Made by a program: the position numbers and the translations under genes. The notes beneath the pieces were generated by a model, which worked only from the letters and a program-made list of their open reading frames with translations, ran no database searches and was not told where the DNA came from. Positions 10,095-19,861 of a DNA stretch of 64,000 bases are shown in pieces; position 1 is the first letter of the stretch; the number at the start of each line of letters is the position of its first letter. This DNA comes from Dehalococcoidia bacterium (GTDB taxonomy: Bacteria; Chloroflexota; Dehalococcoidia; Lucifugimonadales; Lucifugimonadaceae), in NCBI GenBank assembly GCA_965205245.1, contig CBDBGE010000005.1, positions 888,770 to 952,769 of the forward strand. The letters run 5' to 3'.

Positions 10095-11105
10095 ATGGTA
10101 GAAGCAGCCGAAAAGCAGGAAACCGTAGCTCAGGCAGACAGCCTGGTCCTGCAGGTGCGCGATCTGACCGTGCACTATCACACCCCGCTCGGGCCGGTGA
10201 AGGCGGTCGAGGGCATCAGCTTCGATCTCAACGAAGGTGAACGGCTCGGTTTGGTCGGCGAGTCCGGTTCAGGCAAGTCGACGACCGCGTTTGCCCTGAT
10301 GCGCCTGATCAAGCCGCCCGGTCAGATCGTCGCCGGTTCAGTCATGTACCGGGGCCGCGAGTTGCTATTTGCCTCACCCGAAGAGATACGGCAGATACGA
10401 TTTGCCGACATCGCCCTGATACCGCAAGGCGCCATGAATTCACTGAATCCGGTCATGAGAATCCGGGAGCAATTGTTCGACACGATTCGCGCTCATGAGA
10501 CCGGACCTTCAACACTGGAACTGACCGACCGGGTGAATGGACTGCTCGAATCTGTCGACCTGCCGCCGACCGTCGCGAACATGTTTCCTCACGAATTGAG
10601 CGGAGGCATGAAGCAGCGCGTCTGCATTGCCATGGCAACGGCCCTCAAGCCGATGATCATCATCGCCGACGAACCGACCAGCGCCCTCGACGTAGTTGTC
10701 CAACGCCAGGTCTTCGAAACGCTCACCCGCGTGCAGGGGGAACTCGGCGCGGCGGTCATTCTCGTCGGGCACGACATGGGCCTGATGGCGCAGTTCGCAG
10801 ACCGGATCAGCGTCATGTACGGCGGAAGGATCGCCGAGGTCTCGCCCGTAAAGGACCTATTCCGCGATCCTTTGCACCCCTACACGAGTGAACTCGTGCG
10901 AAGCCTTCCGTCCTTGGACAGGCGCCAACGTCTACGAGGCATTCCCGGCCTGCCCCCATCGCTGCTCCGACCGCCTCCCGGCTGCATGTTTCACCCCCGC
11001 TGCCCCAAGGTCATGGAGCAGTGCTCCACCGAAATACCCCTTCTGCGCGCGGTCCGTCCAGGCGGGTATACGGCCTGTCACCTGTATGAGGTGGAATCGT
11101 CGTGA
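10095..11105 (+). CDS. ABC transporter ATP-binding protein, DppD/OppD type
   Basis: Walker A GESGSGKST, signature LSGGMKQR, Walker B IIADEPTSALD, and a C-terminal oligopeptide-type extension (PGCMFHPRCP). Confidence 0.9.
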   Translation: MVEAAEKQETVAQADSLVLQVRDLTVHYHTPLGPVKAVEGISFDLNEGERLGLVGESGSGKSTTAFALMRLIKPPGQIVAGSVMYRGRELLFASPEEIRQIRFADIALIPQGAMNSLNPVMRIREQLFDTIRAHETGPSTLELTDRVNGLLESVDLPPTVANMFPHELSGGMKQRVCIAMATALKPMIIIADEPTSALDVVVQRQVFETLTRVQGELGAAVILVGHDMGLMAQFADRISVMYGGRIAEVSPVKDLFRDPLHPYTSELVRSLPSLDRRQRLRGIPGLPPSLLRPPPGCMFHPRCPKVMEQCSTEIPLLRAVRPGGYTACHLYEVESS

Positions 11106-12181
11106 CAGCCCTGCTCGAAGCCCGCAACGTCACGAAACGATTCGGCGGCGGACTGTTCAACAAGCAGTACACAGTGGCCGTGGACAACGTTTCGCTCTCC
11201 GTAGGGGGCACAACCCCCACGGTTACCGCTATCGCCGGTGAAAGCGGGTCGGGCAAGACCACGCTTGCGCGCATGTTGCTCAACATGGTGGAGCCCACCG
11301 AGGGCAGCGTGGAATACAAGGGCAAATCGCTCAGTACGCTCTCACCGCGCGAGCGGAAGGAGTTTCGTCGCGAAGTCCAGGCCATATTCCAGGACCCGTT
11401 CGAGGTGTTCAACCCTTTCTACAAGGTGGACGCCGTACTCAGCACGCCGGCCAGGAAATTCAACTTGGGCTCGTCCAGGGCGGAACGGCGGGAATTGATC
11501 GAACAGGCCCTGGAGATGGCTGGCCTGCTGCCCAATGAGACGTTGGGAAGGTACCCACATCAACTAAGCGGCGGTCAGCGTCAACGCGTAATGGTAGCGC
11601 GGGCCATGTTGATCAGACCGTCCGTCATCCTGGCGGATGAGCCGGTGTCGATGGTCGACGCCTCCCTGCGCGCCACCATACTGGACAGCCTGCTCCTGCT
11701 GAACCGGGACCTGGGAATATCGATCGTCTACATCACCCACGATCTGACGACAGCGTTCCAGGTCTGCGACAACATCATGGTCATGTACCAGGGATCGGCA
11801 GTCGAGGTCGGCAGCGTCGAAAAGGTGATCGGCCAGCCCGAACATCCCTACACGCGCCTGCTGGTGGAGTCGATCCCGTTGCCCGATCCGGAGCGGAAGT
11901 GGGGCGGAGTTGCAGCGGGCCGCAGCACATTGGAGGACCAGGTCCAGGGAACTTCCGGCTGTAAGTTTGCCCCTCGCTGCCCCGCAGTCATGTCGACATG
12001 TCTAGACAGTCTCCCGCCTCTCTTCAAGACCGCCGACCGCCAGGCTTCAGCGTGCTTCCTGTACGAGGATTCCCCGCCGGTAATGGGAGAGGACGCGGCC
12101 GGTATGCTCCTCACCGGCCGGCCCCCCGACTCGTCAACCGACCAGGAGGGACAATCCAACGGGACGCATGAGAACGGCTGA
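11102..12181 (+). CDS. ABC transporter ATP-binding protein, DppF/OppF type
   Basis: Walker A GESGSGKTT, signature LSGGQRQR, Walker B ILADEPVSMVD. The GTG start overlaps the upstream stop (GTGA). Confidence 0.9.
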   Translation: MTALLEARNVTKRFGGGLFNKQYTVAVDNVSLSVGGTTPTVTAIAGESGSGKTTLARMLLNMVEPTEGSVEYKGKSLSTLSPRERKEFRREVQAIFQDPFEVFNPFYKVDAVLSTPARKFNLGSSRAERRELIEQALEMAGLLPNETLGRYPHQLSGGQRQRVMVARAMLIRPSVILADEPVSMVDASLRATILDSLLLLNRDLGISIVYITHDLTTAFQVCDNIMVMYQGSAVEVGSVEKVIGQPEHPYTRLLVESIPLPDPERKWGGVAAGRSTLEDQVQGTSGCKFAPRCPAVMSTCLDSLPPLFKTADRQASACFLYEDSPPVMGEDAAGMLLTGRPPDSSTDQEGQSNGTHENG

Positions 12182-12199
12182 GATTCCTATCATCGAACA

Positions 12200-13135
12200 A
12201 TGAGCACGCATAGATTTTCACAGCCGCTCAACGCTGGCCTGCATCCCGGTAACGTCGTCAGGGTGACGTGGTGGGGCGACTCCACGATCGCCATTCAGAG
12301 CGCCGATCGAACGATCGTCATCGATCCGTCGGCGAACCTGGAGCAGGACGACTTCGATTTCGTGTTCTGCACGCACGAACACTACGCGCATTCCGACCCC
12401 GAAACAGTGGAACGCCTGACGCGCAGCAGCCGTTTCAAACGCATGTACATCGCACGTTCATGTCTCTACCCGTCCGACAAACCCCACGCTCGTTATCTGC
12501 GGTTCCTTAGCGACCCTCTCTGGCAAATAGAGAAGTACGTGATTTTCTATCCCAAGCACTACGATCACACCGTCCCCCGGGGCGCTGAAGGAGACACAGC
12601 GCGATTGGCCGGGACTGGCCGTGGAGCATGGTCGGAGGAGATCGCTTCAGGAGCCTGGTCGCCGGGCGGCGGCACTCCGCGGCCGTTCGCAGGGATCGAC
12701 GAGATTTGGACCGACGGCTGGCACATCGAAGGCATGGAAATGATCGGCGACGACCCCGAGGTGCCGTATCCCGTTCGTGGAGCCATGCCACAGTTGGGCT
12801 TCCTTATAGAAGACCTCAGTTCCGGCGTTTCGTTCTGCCACCTCGGCGCCAATCGAAAGTCCTACCCAGAGATGGAAGCGGTCCGCGGGCGAGTCGACAT
12901 CCTTTTCCTCCATGTCGGCAGAATGAGCCCCGGCGACGAGGATGAGGCGCTGAGACTCATTGCGCCGCGCTGCGTCGTGCCAGTGGGGTGGCGGACCGGG
13001 GTCGAGGCATCAGACGACGGTGATTTTGGGCCGGTGGTGAATCCCGAAAGTTACGTCCAGAGGCTGAATGAAGTCGCCGATGACTTGGGGTTCGCGGTGC
13101 GACAACTATCTCCCGGTGTGGCGTACGGAGTTTAG
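12200..13135 (+). CDS. MBL-fold (UlaG-like) protein with a degenerate metal motif
   Basis: VTWWGDSTIAIQSADRTIVIDP...FCTHEHYAHSDPE. The HxHxDH motif reads HEHYAH, with Asp replaced by Ala. Confidence 0.65.
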   Translation: MSTHRFSQPLNAGLHPGNVVRVTWWGDSTIAIQSADRTIVIDPSANLEQDDFDFVFCTHEHYAHSDPETVERLTRSSRFKRMYIARSCLYPSDKPHARYLRFLSDPLWQIEKYVIFYPKHYDHTVPRGAEGDTARLAGTGRGAWSEEIASGAWSPGGGTPRPFAGIDEIWTDGWHIEGMEMIGDDPEVPYPVRGAMPQLGFLIEDLSSGVSFCHLGANRKSYPEMEAVRGRVDILFLHVGRMSPGDEDEALRLIAPRCVVPVGWRTGVEASDDGDFGPVVNPESYVQRLNEVADDLGFAVRQLSPGVAYGV

Positions 13136-13195
13136 TCACGGCGACTTAATGCCTGGTGAAATACACGCTCACGCGGTCGATGAGGGAACATTGCG

Positions 13196-14143
13196 ATGAA
13201 TGAAAGCACACCCACTCTCGATGTCGGATTGGCCAACGGCTCCGACGTTCGGCTCACGTGGTGGGGCAACGCCACGGTGGTCATCGAGAATGGCGACCGC
13301 GCCATCGTCGTCGATCCATACGTTCACCCCCAACGCGGCAGGTTCCAGTACGCATTCTGCTCCCACGAGCACTACGACCACGCCTACCCCGAAACCGTGA
13401 AGCGCCTGGTCGAGGGAGAGGGATTCAAGAAGATCATTATTCCCAGGTCCTGCCTGTATCCCTCCACCCGCTTTTTCTCGCGCCAGTTGGCGTTCCTGGA
13501 ACCGGAGCAGTACATCGTGCTCTATCCGAAGCACTATGACAGGTCCGCCACCCGTACCGGTGACTCGAAGTACGTGGGCCACTCCGACGCCTGGACCGAA
13601 GGCGAAGAATCGATCTTCCCGGAACCCCGTGAACTGCACATGGACGATTGGCACGTCGAAGGGTTCGAGATGGTCGGAGAGGACCCTGAATTACCGTTTC
13701 CGCTCAGCGGCCCCATGCCGCAACTCGGCTTCTTCATAGAAGAACTGCAGTCCGGCGCGTCTTTCTATCACTTCGGCGACAACCACTGGACCTATGAGGA
13801 AATGTCCGCCGCCGCAGGAAGGCTCGACATAATGCTCCTGCCGATCGGCAAAATGGGGGTCGACGAGGACGCTCGGGCGATGGACCTGATGAAGCCCAAG
13901 ATCGTCATCCCGATCCACTGGAGATACGAAGGGGAGGACTACCCCATTCCCGCCCTGTATCAACGACACGAGCCGCCGGACCAACAGATCCGCGGCTACC
14001 ACCTGCCGCACCCGGGCGACCCACCATACCCCGGCCAGCCGCATAGCCCATTCGAGTACATCGAGCAGTTGGAAGAGCGCGCTCGCGAACGCGGCATCAC
14101 CGTGGCCCAGATCAAGGCGGGAATCCCCCACCGCGTAGTGTGA
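13196..14143 (+). CDS. MBL-fold (UlaG-like) metallo-hydrolase
   Basis: LTWWGNATVVIENGDRAIVVDP...FCSHEHYDHAYPE has an intact HxHxDH motif. It is a paralog of 12200..13135. Confidence 0.7.
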   Translation: MNESTPTLDVGLANGSDVRLTWWGNATVVIENGDRAIVVDPYVHPQRGRFQYAFCSHEHYDHAYPETVKRLVEGEGFKKIIIPRSCLYPSTRFFSRQLAFLEPEQYIVLYPKHYDRSATRTGDSKYVGHSDAWTEGEESIFPEPRELHMDDWHVEGFEMVGEDPELPFPLSGPMPQLGFFIEELQSGASFYHFGDNHWTYEEMSAAAGRLDIMLLPIGKMGVDEDARAMDLMKPKIVIPIHWRYEGEDYPIPALYQRHEPPDQQIRGYHLPHPGDPPYPGQPHSPFEYIEQLEERARERGITVAQIKAGIPHRVV

Positions 14144-14205
14144 TCGCCGTTCGTTCTGCCAACCGACGTGGCCCGCTGTGATCTTCCGTAGACACGGAGT
14201 GTGAA

Positions 14206-15585
14206 ATGTCTGACAAACTCATTAGCCCTGATGCAGCCGAGGAACTTCGACGTTCCGCGCTTGCCCACCTTTGGACTCACAACGGCGCGTGGAACGAGAT
14301 GGCCGAAGAGGGCCTGCCGTTCATCGCTGTACGCGGCAAGGGCGTGCGCATCGTCGACTCGCTCGGGCGGGAATGGATGGACGTGAGCGCCGGGTACCAG
14401 TGCGTCACGGCCGGCCACGGCCGGACCGAGTTAGCGCAAGTTGCCTACGACCAGATGTCGCAACTGGCCTACTTCCCCAATTCCGGCGCCACGCCACCGT
14501 CGATCAAACTGGCCGAAAAACTGGCCCAGATCACACCGGGGAATTTGAACCGTTCGTTCTTCGTCAACGGCGGGTCGGACGCCGTCGAGACGGCTGTCAA
14601 GCTGGCGCGCGCCTACCACAAGCGGAACGGAGAAGCAGGCCGCTACAGGATCATCAGCCGGAAGGGCTCGTACCACGGCGCCCTTGGACTGACCACTTGG
14701 CTCGGCGGGCGGGACATCAACGAGCAACGAGACTACATTCCCGCCTACCCGGGGATGCTGTACGCGCCCCAGCCCAATCCCTACCGGTGCGAATACGGTG
14801 GCCAGACGCCCTCCGAATGCGCCGAGTTGTGCGCAAACGCCATCGAGGAGCTGATCTTGTTTCACGGGCCAGAGACGGTGGCCGCGGTCGTCGCCGACCC
14901 CATTCCCGGCAACGCCGCCGTACCCGGTCCGGAATACTGGCCCCGGCTGCGGGAAATCTGCACGAAGTACGGGGTCGTCCTGATCGGAGACGAGGTGATA
15001 ACGGCCTGGGGACGTACCGGAAGGATGTTTGCAGTGGAGCACTGGGACGTGGTCCCAGACGTCATGACCGTCGCCAAGGGTCTCTCGAGCGCCTACGCCC
15101 CGGTCGGCGCGGTGATAGCCACTGAAGACATAGCGTCGGTATTTTCCGGAGGCGAGCAACACCGGCCGTTCATCCATGCGCTCACGTTCGGCGGCCACCC
15201 CGTCACCACGGCGGTCGCTCTCCGAAACATCGAGATCATCGAACGGGAGGACCTGCCCGGGAACGCGGCCGTACAGGGCAAGTATATGGCCGACAGGTTC
15301 GCCGAAATGCAGGAAAAGTATCCCGTCATCGGACACGTACACGCAATTGGCCTCCAGTTGGGCCTGGAACTGGTGAAGGACCGCGCCACCAAAGAACCGA
15401 TAGCCTCCGAATTCCGCGACATGTTGTCTTCAGAGTTGGAAAAACGGCGACTACTTGTAAGGGCGGGCACGGCAGGTTTCACCCTCTACCCACCCATCTC
15501 GATCTCGTCCGACGAAACGCAAGAACTGGCCGACAAGTTGGACGAGTCGTTCGCTGTAGTTTCGGCAAACCTCGGCCTGAATTAG
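14206..15585 (+). CDS. class-III (omega) PLP-dependent aminotransferase
   Basis: 459 aa with FVNGGSDAVETAVKLAR, LIGDEVITAWGRTGRMFA and the PLP-Lys context MTVAKGLSS. Confidence 0.85.
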   Translation: MSDKLISPDAAEELRRSALAHLWTHNGAWNEMAEEGLPFIAVRGKGVRIVDSLGREWMDVSAGYQCVTAGHGRTELAQVAYDQMSQLAYFPNSGATPPSIKLAEKLAQITPGNLNRSFFVNGGSDAVETAVKLARAYHKRNGEAGRYRIISRKGSYHGALGLTTWLGGRDINEQRDYIPAYPGMLYAPQPNPYRCEYGGQTPSECAELCANAIEELILFHGPETVAAVVADPIPGNAAVPGPEYWPRLREICTKYGVVLIGDEVITAWGRTGRMFAVEHWDVVPDVMTVAKGLSSAYAPVGAVIATEDIASVFSGGEQHRPFIHALTFGGHPVTTAVALRNIEIIEREDLPGNAAVQGKYMADRFAEMQEKYPVIGHVHAIGLQLGLELVKDRATKEPIASEFRDMLSSELEKRRLLVRAGTAGFTLYPPISISSDETQELADKLDESFAVVSANLGLN

Positions 15586-15623
15586 CAGATAATGATGAGT
15601 GAAGGGCTCAAAGAGAAATCTTG

Positions 15624-15836
15624 ATGCACAAGTACGAGATCATCATCTACTGGAGCAACGCAGATGGAGCCTTCGTAGCCGAGGTCCCTGAGCTCCAGGG
15701 ATGTGCTGCGCACGGCGACACGCAGGAAGCGGCGTTAGCCGAAATATGCCAGGCGATGGACCTGTGGGTCGAAACAGCTCGTGAATTCGGCGATAGAGTC
15801 CCGGAACCAAAAGGCGAACGGCTGATGCTGGCGTAA
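15624..15836 (+). CDS. HicB-family (UPF0150) antitoxin-like protein, no HicA partner seen
   Basis: 70 aa. YEIIIYWSNADGAFVAEVPELQGCAAHGDTQEAALAEICQAM is a typical HicB/UPF0150 fold signature. Confidence 0.7.
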   Translation: MHKYEIIIYWSNADGAFVAEVPELQGCAAHGDTQEAALAEICQAMDLWVETAREFGDRVPEPKGERLMLA

Positions 15837-15858
15837 CGCGCCCGCGTTTCGTATGAGT

Positions 15859-15864
15859 TAGAGT
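15859..15864 (+). promoter_or_regulatory. -10-like box TAGAGT, module A
   Basis: It sits at the same position (41 nt before the mini-ORF ATG) as the boxes in modules B and C. No clear -35 box. Confidence 0.3.
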
Positions 15865-15905
15865 GAGACAGTCGTAAATCTCATTTCGTTGCCACCCGCG
15901 TCCAC

Positions 15906-15986
15906 ATGACTCTCTCAATCCACATCCACCCTGCTCTCACGGCCACTTGCCGTGAGCGTTCCATTATTGGGAGGTACCAGGCGTAA
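15906..15986 (+). CDS. 26-codon mini-ORF A (leader peptide or small peptide), not in the ORF track
   Basis: MTLSIHIHPALTATCRERSIIGRYQA*. It aligns without gaps to mini-ORFs B and C and shares their TAA stop. Confidence 0.5.
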   Translation: MTLSIHIHPALTATCRERSIIGRYQA

Positions 15987-16017
15987 CCCGCAGGATGAAA
16001 GCGGCAACTGGACGTAA

Positions 16018-16042
16018 CCTCCCGAAGTCGGGAGGTTTTTTT
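16018..16042 (+). terminator. intrinsic terminator, module A leader
   Basis: CCTCCCG-aagt-CGGGAGG followed by TTTTTTT. Confidence 0.8.
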
Positions 16043-16138
16043 GTGAGGGCGTGTAACCAAAAAAACTTGGCGTTTCACGCCACAGTCTCGAACTCTCGTT
16101 ACGAATGATCACCTGAGCACTGTGCGGAATCGAATCCT

Positions 16139-16969
16139 ATGGAATCTTCGAGTGGCCTACTGCGGGCCGCGCACACAGCCGGCGGCGAGACTGTTGCCGT
16201 GATACGGGCCGTGGCAGGCGCCATGCGGGGTCAGTTCAGCATGAGCCGAAGGACCTTCCAGGACCTTCTGCCAACGGTCACGCACCCGTCCTTCGCCCTG
16301 ATACTGATGGCTGTGTTCGCACACGCGCGACGCGAAGACCTTGCTTCATATGCCCTGGTTGCCCCGTTCCTCATGAGCGTAGCTACGACCGCGGTCTTCG
16401 TGGCGAGCGAAGTGTTGACCCGCGAACGTGACTTTCAGACGCTCGAGTTGTCGGTTGCGAGCCCGGCGTCCTTTCCAGCCGTCCTCTTCACCCGGATCAT
16501 GGTCATCACCCTGATATCGCTAGTCGGCATCGTCGAAAGCTGGCTGATCATACGATTCGTGTTCGGCGCGACCGTCACTATCCATCATCCTGAAGTGTTC
16601 GTGGCGACCATGCTTGTGACCGCGTTCGCCTCGGGCGGCACGGCTCTGATCCCGGCGGCGTTGTTCTGTTTCGCGCAGGCGGCGCGCACTTATCAGAATT
16701 CAATCTTGTATCCCGTCCTGCTGGTCTCGGGCGTTCTGGTACCGGTCGCCGTGCTTCCGGACTGGCTGGAGCCGGTCAGCCGGCTGGTTTACCTGTACTG
16801 GTCGGCGGACCTCCTCAGGGACTCCATGCAGACCGCAACGCCCGAAGGAGTCCTGTGGGGACTGGGAATTATGGCGATTCTGGGCGCGGGATCTGCCTTC
16901 ATTGGCGGCGCGCTGATCATCAGGATGCTCAACTACCTCAGGCAGGAAGGCAGGCTTGGGATCCTGTGA
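16139..16969 (+). CDS. ABC-2 type exporter permease, module A subunit 1
   Basis: 276 aa with about 6 TM segments. It is a full-length homolog of 18106..18936 and 20095..20925. Confidence 0.85.
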   Translation: MESSSGLLRAAHTAGGETVAVIRAVAGAMRGQFSMSRRTFQDLLPTVTHPSFALILMAVFAHARREDLASYALVAPFLMSVATTAVFVASEVLTRERDFQTLELSVASPASFPAVLFTRIMVITLISLVGIVESWLIIRFVFGATVTIHHPEVFVATMLVTAFASGGTALIPAALFCFAQAARTYQNSILYPVLLVSGVLVPVAVLPDWLEPVSRLVYLYWSADLLRDSMQTATPEGVLWGLGIMAILGAGSAFIGGALIIRMLNYLRQEGRLGIL

Positions 16970-17754
16970 ACACCCTGCGCCTCTTCCGATATAGCTTGTT
17001 GGTGGGAATAAGGGAATTCACCTATCTCTGGGACTGGAAGACATGGGCAGGAGGTTGGGTTATCCAGATGCTTGCCTCGGCGGCCCTATTCTCACTCTTC
17101 GCCCGGCTGTTCAATTCTCCCGAACACGAGCAGTTCCTCCTGGTTGGGAACGCGGTGGTCGTTGGCGCAATTGGTGTGGGCTGGGCGATTCCAATGGCCA
17201 CGAGCGACCGGTGGGCCGGGACCTACCCTTTGCTTGTGGTTGCGCCTGCCAGCCTGGTACCCGCGATAGTCGGTCGGACTTCGATCTGGCTGCCCTCCGG
17301 TGTCGCGACTTCGCTCCTGACTTTCCTCATCCTGGGCAGTCTGTTCGATCTGGCGCTGTCCTGGCCGAACTCGCTTCTTATCGTTCCCCTGGTTGCCCTA
17401 ACGTGCGCCAGCGCCTATTGCTTTTCACTCTTCCTCGGTTCCGCGGTCATTCGCATACCCCAAATGCCAACCCTGTTTCTTGTAACCATGACAATGGTGT
17501 TGAGAGCGTTCTGCGGGGTCAGCGTGCCGATAACCTTTTGGCCCGGGTACGTGCAGTTCATGGTCAAGTTGCTCCCGTTGACCCATGGCCTCCAGGCGAT
17601 CCGATTGGTCCTGGACCAGGCCCCTGCCGGCGCGGTTCTCCAGGCCGCCGCTCTCGAGGCCGCGGTGGGGCTGGGTTGGATAACCTTAGCCGTCCTGGCC
17701 ATGGACTTGATGGCCAACGCCGGCCGCAAAGACGGCTCCATCGAATTTGTTTGA
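16966..17754 (+). CDS. ABC-2 type exporter permease, module A subunit 2
   Basis: The GTG start overlaps the upstream stop (GTGA), as in module B. VNTLRLFRYSLLVGIREFTYLWDWKTW... is homologous to 18933..19721. Confidence 0.85.
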   Translation: MNTLRLFRYSLLVGIREFTYLWDWKTWAGGWVIQMLASAALFSLFARLFNSPEHEQFLLVGNAVVVGAIGVGWAIPMATSDRWAGTYPLLVVAPASLVPAIVGRTSIWLPSGVATSLLTFLILGSLFDLALSWPNSLLIVPLVALTCASAYCFSLFLGSAVIRIPQMPTLFLVTMTMVLRAFCGVSVPITFWPGYVQFMVKLLPLTHGLQAIRLVLDQAPAGAVLQAAALEAAVGLGWITLAVLAMDLMANAGRKDGSIEFV

Positions 17755-17823
17755 GTCGCGAGGGCAAAAAACGGGGCTCAGCAGCGCCACCGTGACAAAC
17801 AACCCTCGACCACGGTAAAACTG

Positions 17824-17832
17824 TGGTAGTGT
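17824..17832 (+). promoter_or_regulatory. extended -10-like box TGgTAGTGT, module B
   Basis: TGn plus TAGTGT, ending 41 nt before the mini-ORF ATG. Confidence 0.4.
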
Positions 17833-17873
17833 GGAAAGACGTTAAGTCTCACACCCCTGCCACCATTGTCCGA

Positions 17874-17954
17874 ATGACATTCCTCCTTGACATCCACCGA
17901 GTCCTCATTGTGACCAGCTATGGGTGGCACGCGTTTGGGAGGGACCAATCGTAA
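17874..17954 (+). CDS. 26-codon mini-ORF B, not in the ORF track
   Basis: MTFLLDIHRVLIVTSYGWHAFGRDQS*. Confidence 0.5.
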   Translation: MTFLLDIHRVLIVTSYGWHAFGRDQS

Positions 17955-17985
17955 TTGGCGTGCGGAAGTCGTTGGCTGATTGGGA

Positions 17986-18010
17986 CCTCCCGAAATCGGG
18001 AGGTTTTTTT
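17986..18010 (+). terminator. intrinsic terminator, module B leader (also ends the module A transcript)
   Basis: CCTCCCG-aaat-CGGGAGG followed by TTTTTTT. Confidence 0.85.
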
Positions 18011-18105
18011 GTTAGGAGGCGTAAGTGAACACGAACCTGGATTCTGTCGCCGTCCTCTCGTCGCTGACCAGGGAATAACGTGAGTACCTTGCGGGATCAA
18101 CTGAC

Positions 18106-18936
18106 ATGAGCGTGAGGAATGGCCTGTCGCGGGCCGGACATATGGCCATGGACGGTCCCATGAGCGTCGCCAGACCGCTGGTCGGCGCCACCCGGGCCCA
18201 ATTTCGCATGAGTCGCCGGGACATCCAGGACCTCACCATGGGGATCACGCAGCCGGCATTTACGTTGGTCCTGATGGCCATCTTCAAATACGCGGGCCGC
18301 GATGACCTTGCTCCCTACGCTCTGATCGCTCCGATGCTCATGGGCGTCGGGGGAATGGCAGTGTCCGTCGCCAGCGAGTTACTGACCCGCGAGCGTGAAT
18401 TCCAGACGCTCGAGCTGTCCGTGGCATGCCCCGTTCCATTTCCCCTGGTCATTCTTCCCCGAATACTGGTGGTCACATCGATCTCCCTGTTCGGAATTGT
18501 GGAAAGCTGGTTGATTATCCGCTTCGTCTTCGGCGTTGATGTCACGGTCCACCATTACGGGCTATTCGCTGCGACGATGGTCCTGACCGCGTTCGCTGCC
18601 GGTGGGACGGCCATGATCCCCGCGGCGCTGTTCTGTTTCGCCCAGGCTGCCCGGACTTTCCAGAACTCGATTACTTACCCCGCGTACCTCTTCTCGGGCA
18701 TCCTGGTACCTATCGCCGCGTTCCCGGACTGGCTCGAGCCGGTCAGTCGTCTGATCTTCCTTCACTGGTCCGGGGCCCTTCTTACGGAGTCGATGCAGCC
18801 ATCCGAGCCCGATGGAGTCCTGCTAAAGCTGGGCATCATGGCGGCTCTTGGCATTGGAGCGGCCTTTATCGGGGGCGCGCTAATGGCCAGAATGCTCGAT
18901 TTCCTGAGGCGTGAGGGGAGGTTGGGGATTCTGTGA
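18106..18936 (+). CDS. ABC-2 type exporter permease, module B subunit 1
   Basis: 276 aa polytopic protein, paralog of 16139..16969. Confidence 0.85.
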   Translation: MSVRNGLSRAGHMAMDGPMSVARPLVGATRAQFRMSRRDIQDLTMGITQPAFTLVLMAIFKYAGRDDLAPYALIAPMLMGVGGMAVSVASELLTREREFQTLELSVACPVPFPLVILPRILVVTSISLFGIVESWLIIRFVFGVDVTVHHYGLFAATMVLTAFAAGGTAMIPAALFCFAQAARTFQNSITYPAYLFSGILVPIAAFPDWLEPVSRLIFLHWSGALLTESMQPSEPDGVLLKLGIMAALGIGAAFIGGALMARMLDFLRREGRLGIL

Positions 18937-19721
18937 ATTACCTACGCCAGTTCCGATTTGGCCTGATGGCAGGCATAGGGGAATTCACGTTCATGTGGAA
19001 CTGGAAGACCTGGTTCGGTGGCTGGTTGGTCCAGATGCTGGCGCAAGCCGCTTTCTTCTCGTTGGTCGCCAGGTTGTTCGATTCGCCTGAGCACGAACGG
19101 TTCTTGCTGATCGGTAACGCCCTTGCCGTCGGCGTACACACGGCCTGCTGGGGCATTGTGTCGACCACGTGGGACAGGTGGACAGGCGCTTACCCCCTTC
19201 TCGTAATTGCGCCGACCAGCATGGTACCTGCGGTCATCGGGAGAACCTCCGTTTGGCTGGCTTCGGCCGTGGCAACTTCGCTTTTCACATTCCTGATTCT
19301 TGCCGCGATTTTTGATCTGGGCTTGCCATGGCCTGAAGCTTTGGTCCTTATCCCCCTCGTGTTCTTGACGTGTGCAAGCACTTTTTGTTTCTCGGTATTC
19401 ATCGGCGCACTCATAACGCGTCAGAGCTACCTCCGAAACCTTGTCATGGGAATTGTGAACGTGGTACTGCGAGCCTTCTGTGGGATAGCGGTCCCCATAG
19501 CCTTTTGGCCCGACTACGTGCAGTTCGTAGTCCGGTTGTTGCCCATAACCCACGGCCTGGAGGCCATACGGTTGGTGCTCGACAAGGGACCTGCAACCGA
19601 AATTCTGCTGGCCGCTGCCCTGGAAGCCGCAGTTGGGCTTGGGTGGATCGTACTCATAGTCCTGGTGATGGACCGCATGGCCGATTCCGGTCGCGCCAAC
19701 GGTTCGATCGAGTTCATCTGA
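18933..19721 (+). CDS. ABC-2 type exporter permease, module B subunit 2
   Basis: 262 aa polytopic protein. The GTG start overlaps the upstream stop. Confidence 0.85.
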   Translation: MNYLRQFRFGLMAGIGEFTFMWNWKTWFGGWLVQMLAQAAFFSLVARLFDSPEHERFLLIGNALAVGVHTACWGIVSTTWDRWTGAYPLLVIAPTSMVPAVIGRTSVWLASAVATSLFTFLILAAIFDLGLPWPEALVLIPLVFLTCASTFCFSVFIGALITRQSYLRNLVMGIVNVVLRAFCGIAVPIAFWPDYVQFVVRLLPITHGLEAIRLVLDKGPATEILLAAALEAAVGLGWIVLIVLVMDRMADSGRANGSIEFI

Positions 19722-19810
19722 TAATCGCAAGTACGAGGAGGCTCTCCTCCCGCGTATTGCCAGCCGTACGGCCTGAACATGACATCCACCCCACACCTGC
19801 ACCAATTCTG

Positions 19811-19819
19811 TGGTAGCGT
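19811..19819 (+). promoter_or_regulatory. extended -10-like box TGgTAGCGT, module C
   Basis: TGn plus TAGCGT, ending 42 nt before the mini-ORF ATG. Confidence 0.4.
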
Positions 19820-19861
19820 GAAATGGTCGCGGATCTCATTCCCCCGCCGCCCCTTGCCAAA

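Noticed and set aside
15881-16112. Minus-strand ORFs 15881..16078 and 15915..16112, and 17918..18100 in module B, crossing the leader and terminator regions.
   Set aside because: They are not conserved among the three modules, they run through the terminator hairpin, and they have no start context. The plus-strand 26-codon frame is the one conserved.
16855-16965. Long 5' extensions of the second permease ORFs (track ORFs 16855..17754 and 20718..21710).
   Set aside because: The extensions overlap the preceding permease gene out of frame and are not homologous between modules. Homology begins at the GTG that overlaps the upstream stop, as in module B.
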